In this document: positions 18,185 through 27,716 of the stretch, piece after piece | Layout of the letters: every line of letters begins with the position of its first letter | How positions within the stretch are numbered: the first letter of the stretch is position 1 | Source: an uncultured Bacteroides sp. | Lineage (GTDB): Bacteria > Bacteroidota > Bacteroidia > Bacteroidales > GCA-2748055 | Assembly (NCBI GenBank): GCA_964601975.1 | Contig: CAZRPW010000008.1 | Span: 10,979 to 74,978 of the forward strand | DNA length: 64,000 bases | Direction of reading: 5' to 3' | The notes under the pieces: generated by a model | What the model was told of the DNA's origin: nothing | The model's database searches: none | What the model saw: the letters and a program-made list of their open reading frames with translations, nothing else | Program-made: the position numbers and the translations under genes

Positions 18185-18216
18185 GGAGAGCCGGTTGCAA
18201 TGCGACCGGCTCTCCC
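18184..18216. terminator. Hairpin GGGAGAGCCGGT-tgcaatgcg-ACCGGCTCTCCC between convergent genes
   Basis: Shares the 13-nt left arm GAGAGCCGGTTGC with the hairpin at 7466..7497. Confidence 0.6.
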
Positions 18217-18224
18217 TTCAAAAA

Positions 18225-18326
18225 CCATTTACCCATTTACCCATTTACTATTTACTAATTACCTTTTTACGCTTGCGTAGCAAGCAATTTACCCATTTAC
18301 CATTTGCAATTTACCAATTGCTAATT
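18225..18326. repeat. Array of 7-8-nt units nnATTTAC (minus strand GTAAATnn) with an embedded hairpin GCTTGC-gta-GCAAGC
   Basis: ccatttac x3, tatttac, taattac ... aatttac, ccatttac, catttgc, aatttac. The array abuts the serpin stop codon. Confidence 0.85.
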
Positions 18327-19541
18327 TCATGGTTCGCTGAGTTTTCCGATGAAGAGGATTGATTTGCTGGAGTTTTCTGTAATGGCAAAGAGGAAGGGGC
18401 GGTTAAACCAGATGCCCGGACTTGCCGATTCCCACTTCATTACTACGGCAGTGACGGCGGCGGCCTCGGTGCCTTCTTCGTTCACTCCGATATAGGTTTT
18501 GTGTATGACCCTATCGATGAAAAGGGGAGTATTGCTCATGCCTGAAAAATCAGCATCACCTGAGAAAGCGATCTCCAGACCCATGTCCTTCAGGTCCTTC
18601 TCCAGTGAGCGCCTGTACTCGAATTGGAATTTGGGCATGTGCACATTCAGGTTAGAGGTTTCGTTGAACTCTGACATCCATTTTTCCCAGGTGGCTCCAT
18701 CCAGTTCCTCCACCAGTTCGTCTACTTCTTTGTCCTGGGCCGGGAGGAAAAGGAACATGCTGAATTTCTTATTCTTATAGGGGAGCTCTACAGCACTGAA
18801 ATCAGAGGTGAAGGCTGCATTGAAGGTGCTTTCGGTCTGCATCATATCCACTTTGCCGAATTCCTCTCCAGTCTCCGTGAAGAAGCTTTCCTTTGAGGTA
18901 TCATCTTTGCTAAATTCCGTCTCCCATACACAGTTGAAGTAGATGGCATTGATCAGGATCATAGCGACATTAGGTTCAATCTTTTCCAGGATCTCATCGA
19001 TTTTTCCATGGGTTTGCTCGCTGGCCCAAAGGTTGATAGCTTCCAGAGCCTCTGCTGTTTGCAGGTCGATCTCCCTTACCTCGGCATCGAAATAGTGGGT
19101 GTTGAGGTCGATGAATTCCTGCTTTACGGGGAACCCTTCATCATTCCACAGAGAGTTGGCAAGCTCCAGCAGGTTCCCGTCCACATTTGTAATAAGCACA
19201 GAGATCAGTTCCTTTGTTATTTCATTTACCTCTTCCCGGGTCAGACCTTCATAATTGAGCACCCTCTCAAAAGCCTCTTTGGTGGTGGTCTCAGCACCAT
19301 TGTAAGTCATGCCAAGTGCAATACTCACCGATGTGGGGGATATCATGATGTTGGGTTTATCCTCTGTTTCAAAGATGGTTTTAAGCAGCTCCAGACCGAA
19401 GTTATTGTTGGTCTCGATCACCTTCGCCGATTTCAGGTTGTAGTCAAAAACCGGATCTTCAACTACCTGTGTGCAGGAAGCGGTTACAAGAAATAGAATG
19501 GTGTTGAAGATGAAGACAGAGATCCTGGATTTCATAATCAT
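18327..19541 (-). CDS. Serpin-family protease inhibitor, lipoprotein-type signal
   Basis: Hinge EEGTEAAAVTAV, FNRPFLFAI, N-terminal ...VTASC. Confidence 0.9.
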   Translation of the reverse strand: MIMKSRISVFIFNTILFLVTASCTQVVEDPVFDYNLKSAKVIETNNNFGLELLKTIFETEDKPNIMISPTSVSIALGMTYNGAETTTKEAFERVLNYEGLTREEVNEITKELISVLITNVDGNLLELANSLWNDEGFPVKQEFIDLNTHYFDAEVREIDLQTAEALEAINLWASEQTHGKIDEILEKIEPNVAMILINAIYFNCVWETEFSKDDTSKESFFTETGEEFGKVDMMQTESTFNAAFTSDFSAVELPYKNKKFSMFLFLPAQDKEVDELVEELDGATWEKWMSEFNETSNLNVHMPKFQFEYRRSLEKDLKDMGLEIAFSGDADFSGMSNTPLFIDRVIHKTYIGVNEEGTEAAAVTAVVMKWESASPGIWFNRPFLFAITENSSKSILFIGKLSEP

Positions 19542-19587
19542 GGGTTTTACATTTTTTTTTCTACTGAGCCCTTAGCCCTATCTTCTG

Positions 19588-20811
19588 CTAATACTTTGGT
19601 TGTGAAACTTTCCCGGCAAAAATGATTGCCTTGCTGGTGTTTTCTGTGATGGCAAAAAGGAAGGGGCGGTCGAAGCGCAGAATGGAACCGGGTCCGGCCG
19701 AAGTAACATCCATTGTAATGGCTGTGACTGCAGCTGCTTCAGTGCCCTGCTCATTAAGCTTGATGTAGGTTTTGTGTATCACGTCGGAGATGAGAAGGTC
19801 AATCTCGCTGATACCTGAGAAATCTGCCTGGTCGGTGAAAGCCTCATCCAGTCCCATGGCTTTCAGATCCTCTTTCAGGGAGCGATCGAATTCAAACTCG
19901 AATCGGGGCAATTCGATTTCATAGTCTTTAACTTCGGTGAAAAGCTCCTGCCATTCTTTCCAGGTTTCCCCATCCAGTTCCTCCACCAGATCACTGACGG
20001 TGCTGCCTTCATCCGGCAGGAAGAGAAACATGCTGAATTTATTGCCTTTATAGGGCAGCTCCAGGGCCCTGAAGTTATCAGCCCAGGCCACGTTAAATGT
20101 ACTCTCCAGCTTCATCATGTCTACTGTACCAAATCTAGTCCCGTTTTCAGTATAGAAGGGGGCGTCGTAGGTCTCATCCGGATCGAATTCCACCTCCCAC
20201 ACACAATTGAAATAGATGGCATTTATAAGGATCATCATGGTGCTGGGGTCGATGCTGTCGAGAATCTTCTCGATCTTGTTATGGGTGTTGTTGCTGACCC
20301 AGTCGTTGATGGTCTTGAGGGCATTTGACTTGCCGAAATCGAGTTCCTTCACCTGGGCTTCATAGTAGTTAGAGTTGAGATCGATGAAGTCCTGTTTCAC
20401 CGGAAATTCATCCCTATACCATATGGAGTTGGCAATTTCAAGAAGGTTCCCTTTTGTATTTGTCAGGAGCACATGAATCAGCTCTTTTGTAATATTGTTG
20501 ACTTCTTCCCGGGTAAGCCCCTCATAATTTAGCACCTGCTCGAAGGCGTCCATGGTGGTGCTTTCTGCCCCGTTGTAGGCCATGCCAAGTGCTATACTCA
20601 CCGAAGCGGGTGAGATCATTATATTGGGCTTGTCGTCATTCTCAAAAACCTCCTTTAGCAGTTGAAGTCCGAAGCCGTTGTTGGTCTCGATTACTTTCGC
20701 TGATTTAAGATTATAATCAAAGACAGGGTCCACTTCCTGGCTGCATCCTTTAAGGAGTCCAAATGCAAGGATGATAACGATTAGTTTTGCTGTTGATTTC
20801 ATGTTGGTCAT
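19588..20811 (-). CDS. Serpin-family protease inhibitor, tandem paralogue
   Basis: Hinge EQGTEAAAVTAI, FDRPFLFAI, signal ...LLKGC. Homologous to the neighbouring serpin over its full length. Confidence 0.9.
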   Translation of the reverse strand: MTNMKSTAKLIVIILAFGLLKGCSQEVDPVFDYNLKSAKVIETNNGFGLQLLKEVFENDDKPNIMISPASVSIALGMAYNGAESTTMDAFEQVLNYEGLTREEVNNITKELIHVLLTNTKGNLLEIANSIWYRDEFPVKQDFIDLNSNYYEAQVKELDFGKSNALKTINDWVSNNTHNKIEKILDSIDPSTMMILINAIYFNCVWEVEFDPDETYDAPFYTENGTRFGTVDMMKLESTFNVAWADNFRALELPYKGNKFSMFLFLPDEGSTVSDLVEELDGETWKEWQELFTEVKDYEIELPRFEFEFDRSLKEDLKAMGLDEAFTDQADFSGISEIDLLISDVIHKTYIKLNEQGTEAAAVTAITMDVTSAGPGSILRFDRPFLFAITENTSKAIIFAGKVSQPKY

Positions 20812-21001
20812 TTAAAAGATTACGCTTTCCTGGTGCAAATGTTGTCTTTGCCCCGGGTGCTTATAATATATAGATGATGCGCTTTGAATGATGGTTGCGT
20901 GGCTTAGCTGTATGGCGTAAGTTTTTTTTCAACGCAACCTTTTTAATTCTCGTTTCATCCTGAAGGTGAATGACAAGGATATGATATCCTGCCAATTTGC
21001 A

Positions 21002-21009
21002 TAAATTTG
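21002..21009 (+). promoter_or_regulatory. -7 box TAAATTTG upstream of the ECF sigma gene
   Basis: TAnnTTTG match 20 nt upstream of the TTG start at 21029. Confidence 0.35.
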
Positions 21010-21028
21010 TCACCGGAGGAAAACTGGA

Positions 21029-21577
21029 TTGGCAGAAAGACTAGATATACTAATAGAAGGATGTAGAAGGGGGAAGCCGAAGAGTCAGGAGGCTCTTTAT
21101 AAGCGGTTTGCATCGGCTATGTATGGAATTTGTCTTCAGTATGCTTCCGATGAGGAGGATGCCCGGGATATTATGCAGGAGGGATTTGTGAAGGTGTTCA
21201 GAAAGCTGGATCAGGTTAAAAATCCGGCAGCATTCCCGGGGTGGATACGAAGGGTGATGATCAATACTGCGCTTGAGAAGTACAGGAGCCAGGTACACCT
21301 TCAGCGGATTGATGATGCAAGGGAAGAGGCCGATGAGGCTATGGACGACGGGATCTTTGAAAATCTGACCTGCCAGGAACTGCTTGTAGTGATTCAGACC
21401 CTGTCTCCACAATACCGGATGGTATTCAACCTCTATGCTATTGAAGGTTATAATCACAAAGAGATCAGCGAGGAACTGGGTATCTCGGTGGGGACCTCAA
21501 AATCGAACCTCTCACGGGCACGGGCCATATTGCAGGAAAAGCTGATTAGTATTTACGGAGTTGAATTAAGACAATGA
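21029..21577 (+). CDS. ECF-type RNA polymerase sigma-70 factor
   Basis: Region 2 (DIMQEGFVKVF...FPGWIRRVMINTA) and region 4 (EGYNHKEISEELGISVGTSKSNLSRA). TTG start. Confidence 0.9.
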   Translation: MAERLDILIEGCRRGKPKSQEALYKRFASAMYGICLQYASDEEDARDIMQEGFVKVFRKLDQVKNPAAFPGWIRRVMINTALEKYRSQVHLQRIDDAREEADEAMDDGIFENLTCQELLVVIQTLSPQYRMVFNLYAIEGYNHKEISEELGISVGTSKSNLSRARAILQEKLISIYGVELRQ

Positions 21578-23049
21578 GCAGGCAAACAGAAAAGGGAAAT
21601 GGATTTTTGAAGGATAAGTTTGGAGGTTTCCAGGCAGATCCACCGCCCGAGGTTTGGGAAGCCATCTCAGACCAACTGGGTGGGCGAAGGCGCAGGGGGA
21701 TGATCCTCATTATCCTTTCTGCAGCGGCATCCCTTGCACTGGCAGTTACACTGGGTATTCATTATTTCGGTCGTGATATCCCCCATACAATTGAATGGTC
21801 AGAAGATCAGAAAAGCGACCTTCATACCGGGTACAGGCAGAATGATCCGACTGAGGAATCCGGCGTGGTCCTTGAACAGAAAGTAGTTGAAGCCATGGCA
21901 GAAGCAATACCTGCCCGGGATAATGAAGCCATCTTACCTGCTGAAGTGAAGAAAGCAAGGCAGGCATACGCCGAAAAGGATAGATCCGAAAAGGATAGAG
22001 TCGGAAAGGAAAGTGCCGCAAAGGAAAGTGCCGGAAAAGAGCGTGTCGGGCAGGAGCGTGTTGGACAGGGAGGTGTTGGTCGGAAGGTAGAAACACTGAT
22101 AGACAGCGAGGCTGCCCCTGGCACATCAGGAGTTATGGCTGAAGCAGCTGCCAGGCCTGAAGCAGCTGCCATGCCTGAAGCAGCTGCAGGGGATGAAAAG
22201 GTTTTAGATCTCATCCTGGATGCCGGAGAGGTAGGGGATGTTGAGATGATGGCGGATGTTGTTACAATGCAGGATAAGGACCCCAGGTGGGTGCTTGGGG
22301 CAATGCTTTCGCCACTCTATAGCTTCAGGGATGCTGAACCTGAGGCTCTGGCTGGTACTTCTGGTCAGGAGTCGGGATTGCTATCTTATGCAACCGGGGT
22401 GCAGGTGGGATACAGGGCTTCACGCAGGCTGGCCATTGAATCGGGTATTATCTATAACAAGATGGGGCTTTCCATCGGCGCACCAGGGATCCAGGTTTTC
22501 ACACAGGATGACCTGGAATATTCTTGGAGCCCACCGGATATAGGGGCATCCACCGTGAATGCAATTACCAATTCAGTGGGTAACATTGTTTCCTATAAAG
22601 GCGAAATTTATGTAAACAATTATAAATTGAATGCTGTTGCCGACAACATAGTGGTTGATAATGTAATTACAGAGTTAAACAATGCCGACCAGGGCATCAG
22701 GCAGCATCTCGATTACCTCGAGCTTCCCTTTAATCTGAGGTATACAGTTCTGGACGGGAGCTTTAAGATTCAGCTGGTGGGAGGATTGAGTACCAACCTG
22801 CTTGTAAATAATTATGTGACTATGGAGACTGCCTCAGGGACCACCGAGATTGGCTACCTGACGAACCTTCGCAATCTGAACTACTCGGGAAATGCAGGTG
22901 TGGGTTTTGCATATCACTTCCTTGAGCAGCTGAGCCTGAATGTGGAACCCAGGTTTCGCTACTACCTGAATTCAGTCAATGATGCCACCCTTCCATCCAC
23001 ACGTCCTTTTACCTTTGGAATTTATACAGGATTAAACTACTTCTTTTAG
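21574..23049 (+). CDS. Anti-sigma-like N-terminus + TM helix + low-complexity repeats + C-terminal outer-membrane beta-barrel domain
   Basis: ATGA overlap with the sigma gene. TM helix MILIILSAAASLALAVTLGIHYF after about 40 aa. Alternating beta-strand pattern ending ...GIYTGLNYFF. Confidence 0.65.
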   Translation: MSRQTEKGNGFLKDKFGGFQADPPPEVWEAISDQLGGRRRRGMILIILSAAASLALAVTLGIHYFGRDIPHTIEWSEDQKSDLHTGYRQNDPTEESGVVLEQKVVEAMAEAIPARDNEAILPAEVKKARQAYAEKDRSEKDRVGKESAAKESAGKERVGQERVGQGGVGRKVETLIDSEAAPGTSGVMAEAAARPEAAAMPEAAAGDEKVLDLILDAGEVGDVEMMADVVTMQDKDPRWVLGAMLSPLYSFRDAEPEALAGTSGQESGLLSYATGVQVGYRASRRLAIESGIIYNKMGLSIGAPGIQVFTQDDLEYSWSPPDIGASTVNAITNSVGNIVSYKGEIYVNNYKLNAVADNIVVDNVITELNNADQGIRQHLDYLELPFNLRYTVLDGSFKIQLVGGLSTNLLVNNYVTMETASGTTEIGYLTNLRNLNYSGNAGVGFAYHFLEQLSLNVEPRFRYYLNSVNDATLPSTRPFTFGIYTGLNYFF

Positions 23050-23089
23050 TCGGGCCACGAGAACTAATTTCCTTTTTAATTGTTTATTT

Positions 23090-24061
23090 TTGTGGCTTAT
23101 GGACAGGAGAAAAAGGATCAGAAGGGTATCGGTTTTTACTTTTTTTATTGGAATTAGTTTAGTGGCGGTACTACTTGCCTCCACAGCATATTCGGGTGGA
23201 AGTGAAAAAGATCCTGTTGCCACCGGTAGCAGGGAAGAATTTACTGTATATGGGGTTGAGGTTCCGGAAAGGGTCACTTTTGCCGGTGAGCCGATGCCGC
23301 TGGAGCTTTTTGATGTAATGGAGTCTCTTGATCGTGAGTTGCTCTCTAATACTTATTTTCATTCTCAGACCATTCGGTTGATTAAGCTGGCTAACCGCTA
23401 TTTTCCGGAAATTGAACCGGTCCTTCGGAGGAACCTGGTTCCGGATGATTTCAAATACCTGGCAGTGGCCGAGAGCGGTTTAACGCAGGCGGTATCGCCG
23501 GCTAAAGCAGTTGGATTCTGGCAATTGCTCAAAGGAACGGCGCAGGAATACGGTCTGGAAGTGAGCCAGGAAGTTGATGAACGCTACCATGTTGCGAAAT
23601 CTACAGAAGCAGCCTGTAAGTACCTGGTTGCTTCATATCAGGAATATGGAAACTGGAGTATGACTGCCGCATCCTATAATGCCGGCAGAAGAGGGATGGA
23701 CCGGCAGATCGAGAGACAGAAAAAGGAGAATTACTATGATCTTTTGCTGAACGAAGAAACTGCCAGATACCTGTACAGGGTAGTGGCATTTAAATTGATT
23801 TTTGAGAATCCTTCAGCCTATGGTTTTGTAATTCCTGAAAGTGAACTCTATCATGCGATTCCATCTCGTACGGTGACTGTGGATAGTACGGTGACTGATT
23901 TTGCGGATTTTGCTTTCCTGCACGAAACTAATTATAAGATATTGAAATTAATGAATCCGTGGTTGCGAGAAACCCGGCTGACAGTTTCCGGGGGAAAATC
24001 CTATGAGATTGTTATCCCGGAAAGAGGATATCGCCGGCCCGATGCCTGGGAGCTGAAGTGA
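23090..24061 (+). CDS. Lytic murein transglycosylase (SLT domain), membrane-anchored
   Basis: VAESGL...GFWQL...AASYNAG motifs, N-terminal TM. Confidence 0.85.
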   Translation: MWLMDRRKRIRRVSVFTFFIGISLVAVLLASTAYSGGSEKDPVATGSREEFTVYGVEVPERVTFAGEPMPLELFDVMESLDRELLSNTYFHSQTIRLIKLANRYFPEIEPVLRRNLVPDDFKYLAVAESGLTQAVSPAKAVGFWQLLKGTAQEYGLEVSQEVDERYHVAKSTEAACKYLVASYQEYGNWSMTAASYNAGRRGMDRQIERQKKENYYDLLLNEETARYLYRVVAFKLIFENPSAYGFVIPESELYHAIPSRTVTVDSTVTDFADFAFLHETNYKILKLMNPWLRETRLTVSGGKSYEIVIPERGYRRPDAWELK

Positions 24062-26898
24062 AAAAGAGAGAAGCGAAAATAGAAGTACTGGGCGCCAGGG
24101 TACATAACCTGAAAAACATTGATGTAAGCATTCCCAGGAATAAGCTCACAGTAATTACCGGGCTTAGCGGGAGCGGTAAATCATCCCTGGCCTTTGATAC
24201 TATTTATGCCGAAGGTCAACGCCGGTATATTGAAACTCTGAGCGCCTATGCCAGGCAGTTTCTTGGCAATATGGAACGTCCCGATGTGGATAAGATCACC
24301 GGCCTCAGTCCGGTTATATCCATTGAGCAGAAGACGACCAATAAGAACCCCAGATCGACTGTGGGTACAGTGACTGAGATCTATGATTTTCTTCGACTCC
24401 TTTATGCCCGTGTGGCTGATGCTTATTCCTATGTGACAGGGGAGAAGATGGTGAAATACACCGAGGAGCAGATTCTTGATCTGATCCTGGAATCCTTCAC
24501 CGAAAAGAGGATTTATCTCCTTGCACCTGTGGTCAGGGGCAGAAAGGGCCATTACCGGGAGTTGTTTGAACAGATCAGGAAGAGTGGTTATATCTATGTG
24601 AGGATAGACGGGGAGATCGAAGAGGTGATTCAGGGAATGCGGGTTGACCGTTACAAGAATCATGATATTGAAGTGGTTATAGACAGGCTGACTGCCAGGG
24701 AAAAGGATCGCGCCCGCCTGAAAAAATCACTGTCTGCTTCGATGAAACAGGGGAAGGGTGTTACCATGATCCTTGAGAAGGATGGAACAGAACCTCGTTA
24801 TTTTTCAAGTCAGCTTATGTGTCCCACATCCGGCATTTCATATAATGAACCGGCGCCTCATAGTTTTTCATTCAATTCTCCCCAGGGGGCATGTCCTCAC
24901 TGTAACGGACTGGGTACCATTAATGATGTAGATATTACAAAAATCATTCCTGATGATTCAAAAAGCATCAGGGGTGGTGCGCTGATTCCTGTGGGTCCTT
25001 ATCGTAATTCGCTTATATTCTGGCAACTGGATGCAATTGCCAGTCGCTATAAATTCACCCTGGATACTCCGGTAAAAGAGATTCCCGAGCAGGCGATCCA
25101 TTGTATTCTTCACGGGTCCGAAGAACCTTTAAAATTGCAGAATACGCCCCTGGGTGCGACTTCAAATTATTTCCTGAGTTTTGATGGCATCATCGCCTTC
25201 ATTCAGAATGGTAGTGAAAATGGCAATGGACGGGGTGATAAACAAAAGATATCTCAATTCATCAGGAAGATTACCTGTCCCCACTGCAAGGGGACCAGGT
25301 TGAAGCCGGAGATGCTTTATTTTAAATTGAATGGAAAAAACATTTCCGATCTCTCCTCTATGGATATTGGTGCCCTGGCTGAATGGCTGAGTGATATTGA
25401 GGAAACATTGAGTGATCGGCAGAATACCATTGCAAGGGATATCCTGAAAGAGATCAGGAGTCGGCTAGGATTTCTCCTGGATGTGGGTCTGAACTATCTT
25501 TCACTCAACAGGAGCGCCCGCTCTCTTTCAGGGGGTGAAAGCCAGAGGATCAGGCTGGCTACCCAGATCGGATCAAGGCTGGTCAATGTACTCTACATTC
25601 TGGATGAACCCAGTATCGGTTTGCATCAGAGAGACAACAGGAAACTGATAGCTTCACTGCAGAATTTACGTGACCAGGGGAATTCGGTGATCGTAGTGGA
25701 GCATGACCGGGATATGATTTTATCGGCCGATTATGTTGTGGATCTTGGTCCGGGAGCCGGAAGATGTGGAGGCGAGCTGGTGGCAGCCGGTACACCCGCA
25801 GAGATTCTTGCCGGCAAGACACTTACGGCCGAGTACCTGAATCAGACCAGGGAGATCGCTATTCCTGAGAGCCGTCGCCCGGGAAACGGTAAGCAGCTGG
25901 TGCTTAAGGGGGCGGAGGGAAACAATCTTAAATCGGTGGATGCGGTGTTTCCCCTCGGAAAATTTATCTGCATTACCGGGGTAAGTGGAAGTGGTAAATC
26001 CACACTCATCAACGAGACCCTTCACCCGATCATCAGTCAGAAACTCTATCGTTCTAATCGTGATCCCCTGCCTTTTGGTTCCATCGCGGGAATGGAGCAT
26101 ATTGATAAGGTTATTGAAGTGGATCAGTCGCCTCTTGGAAGAACCCCGAGATCCAATACGGTTACCTATACGGGAGTGTTCAGTGATATAAGGAAGCTTT
26201 TCGAACAGACTCCGGATGCGAAGATCAGTGGATACAAAGCAAGCCGGTTTTCTTTTAATGTGAAGGGAGGGCGTTGTGAGACTTGTGGAGGGGCAGGACT
26301 GCAGACCATTGAGATGAATTTCCTGCCCGATGTGTATGTGCGATGTAAATCCTGCAATGGGAAACGCTACAACCGCGAAACACTGGAGGTTAGGTACAAG
26401 GGGCAGAATATCAATGATGTATTGATGATGACCATCAACCAGGCGGTTGACTTTTTCGGAGCTGTTCCATCCATTCTCAGGAAGTTGAAGACCTTGCAGG
26501 ATGTGGGCCTCGGATATATAAGGCTTGGACAGCCCTCCACGACGCTTTCCGGAGGTGAGTCCCAGCGGGTGAAGCTTTCAGCGGAGCTGGCAAAGAAGGA
26601 CACAGGAAAGACCCTTTATATTCTGGACGAACCCACTACGGGGCTACATTTTGAAGATGTAAGAGTGCTGCTGGATGTAATAGCCCGGCTGGTAAACCGG
26701 GGTAATACGGTGATTATGATTGAGCACAATATGGATGTGATCAAGGTAGCCGATCACCTGATCGATCTGGGAAAAGAGGGTGGTCGTATGGGGGGAACCA
26801 TTCTTGCCACCGGAACTCCCGAGGAGGTAGCCATGGAGCCGGAGAGTTATACCGGGGTATTTTTGAGGGAAGAACTACCTTTGGATAATAATTATTAA
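24058..26898 (+). CDS. uvrA: Excinuclease ABC subunit A
   Basis: GLSGSGKSSLAFDT, two ABC modules, zinc-finger CxxC pairs, 946 aa. GTG start overlaps the upstream stop codon. Confidence 0.97.
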   Translation: MKKREAKIEVLGARVHNLKNIDVSIPRNKLTVITGLSGSGKSSLAFDTIYAEGQRRYIETLSAYARQFLGNMERPDVDKITGLSPVISIEQKTTNKNPRSTVGTVTEIYDFLRLLYARVADAYSYVTGEKMVKYTEEQILDLILESFTEKRIYLLAPVVRGRKGHYRELFEQIRKSGYIYVRIDGEIEEVIQGMRVDRYKNHDIEVVIDRLTAREKDRARLKKSLSASMKQGKGVTMILEKDGTEPRYFSSQLMCPTSGISYNEPAPHSFSFNSPQGACPHCNGLGTINDVDITKIIPDDSKSIRGGALIPVGPYRNSLIFWQLDAIASRYKFTLDTPVKEIPEQAIHCILHGSEEPLKLQNTPLGATSNYFLSFDGIIAFIQNGSENGNGRGDKQKISQFIRKITCPHCKGTRLKPEMLYFKLNGKNISDLSSMDIGALAEWLSDIEETLSDRQNTIARDILKEIRSRLGFLLDVGLNYLSLNRSARSLSGGESQRIRLATQIGSRLVNVLYILDEPSIGLHQRDNRKLIASLQNLRDQGNSVIVVEHDRDMILSADYVVDLGPGAGRCGGELVAAGTPAEILAGKTLTAEYLNQTREIAIPESRRPGNGKQLVLKGAEGNNLKSVDAVFPLGKFICITGVSGSGKSTLINETLHPIISQKLYRSNRDPLPFGSIAGMEHIDKVIEVDQSPLGRTPRSNTVTYTGVFSDIRKLFEQTPDAKISGYKASRFSFNVKGGRCETCGGAGLQTIEMNFLPDVYVRCKSCNGKRYNRETLEVRYKGQNINDVLMMTINQAVDFFGAVPSILRKLKTLQDVGLGYIRLGQPSTTLSGGESQRVKLSAELAKKDTGKTLYILDEPTTGLHFEDVRVLLDVIARLVNRGNTVIMIEHNMDVIKVADHLIDLGKEGGRMGGTILATGTPEEVAMEPESYTGVFLREELPLDNNY

Positions 26899-26925
26899 TT
26901 TGTTGGAAAGATAAAACTGGATGAA

Positions 26926-27636
26926 ATGAGTGCTAGCGAAGATAAAATAAAGAAAGCTTTTAAGCAGAAAACCTGGAACGAAATTAAAACCTCGGATTCA
27001 TGGCAGATATTTAAGATCATGGCCGAATTTGTAGAGGGTTTTGAAAAGATGGCCTCCATCGGACCCTGCGTATCTATTTTCGGGTCGGCGCGGACAAGCC
27101 CGGATCACAGGTACTATAAGCTTGCCGAGGATATTGCCTATAAATTAACACATCAGGGCTATGGTGTGATCACCGGGGGTGGTCCCGGGATTATGGAGGC
27201 AGCCAACAAAGGGGCCATGAAGGGGGACGGAACCAGTGTGGGGCTGAATATTGAACTTCCACATGAACAGGGTTCCAATCCCTATATCGATTTCGATAAG
27301 CTGCTGACATTCAAGCACTTTTTCATCAGAAAAGTAATGTTCCAGAAATATGCCCAGGGTTTTATTGTACTGCCCGGAGGATTCGGGACTTTAGATGAGA
27401 CTTTTGAGTCGCTTACCCTTATCCAAACCGGTAAGATCGGAAGATTTCCAATTGTGCTGGTGGGGACCAATTTCTGGAAGGGACTGGTTGAATGGATTCA
27501 CCAGGTTATGCAGGAGAAGGAAAAGAACATCTCTGCTGATGACCTGGATCTTTTCACCCTGGTTGATACTGCGGAGGAGGCCGTTGAGGTAATAGACAAC
27601 TTCTACGCCAAGTATATGTTGAGCCCCAATTTCTAA
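26926..27636 (+). CDS. LOG-family (TIGR00730) nucleotide phosphoribohydrolase
   Basis: GGGPGIMEAAN and PGGFGTLDE motifs. Confidence 0.9.
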   Translation: MSASEDKIKKAFKQKTWNEIKTSDSWQIFKIMAEFVEGFEKMASIGPCVSIFGSARTSPDHRYYKLAEDIAYKLTHQGYGVITGGGPGIMEAANKGAMKGDGTSVGLNIELPHEQGSNPYIDFDKLLTFKHFFIRKVMFQKYAQGFIVLPGGFGTLDETFESLTLIQTGKIGRFPIVLVGTNFWKGLVEWIHQVMQEKEKNISADDLDLFTLVDTAEEAVEVIDNFYAKYMLSPNF

Positions 27637-27716
27637 TCATACAGCACCTTTCAGTGTTCGTAAGTCGGGTGAACCGTGAGAAATAATTTTGTACATTTAA
27701 CAAAATTCAGTATCCG

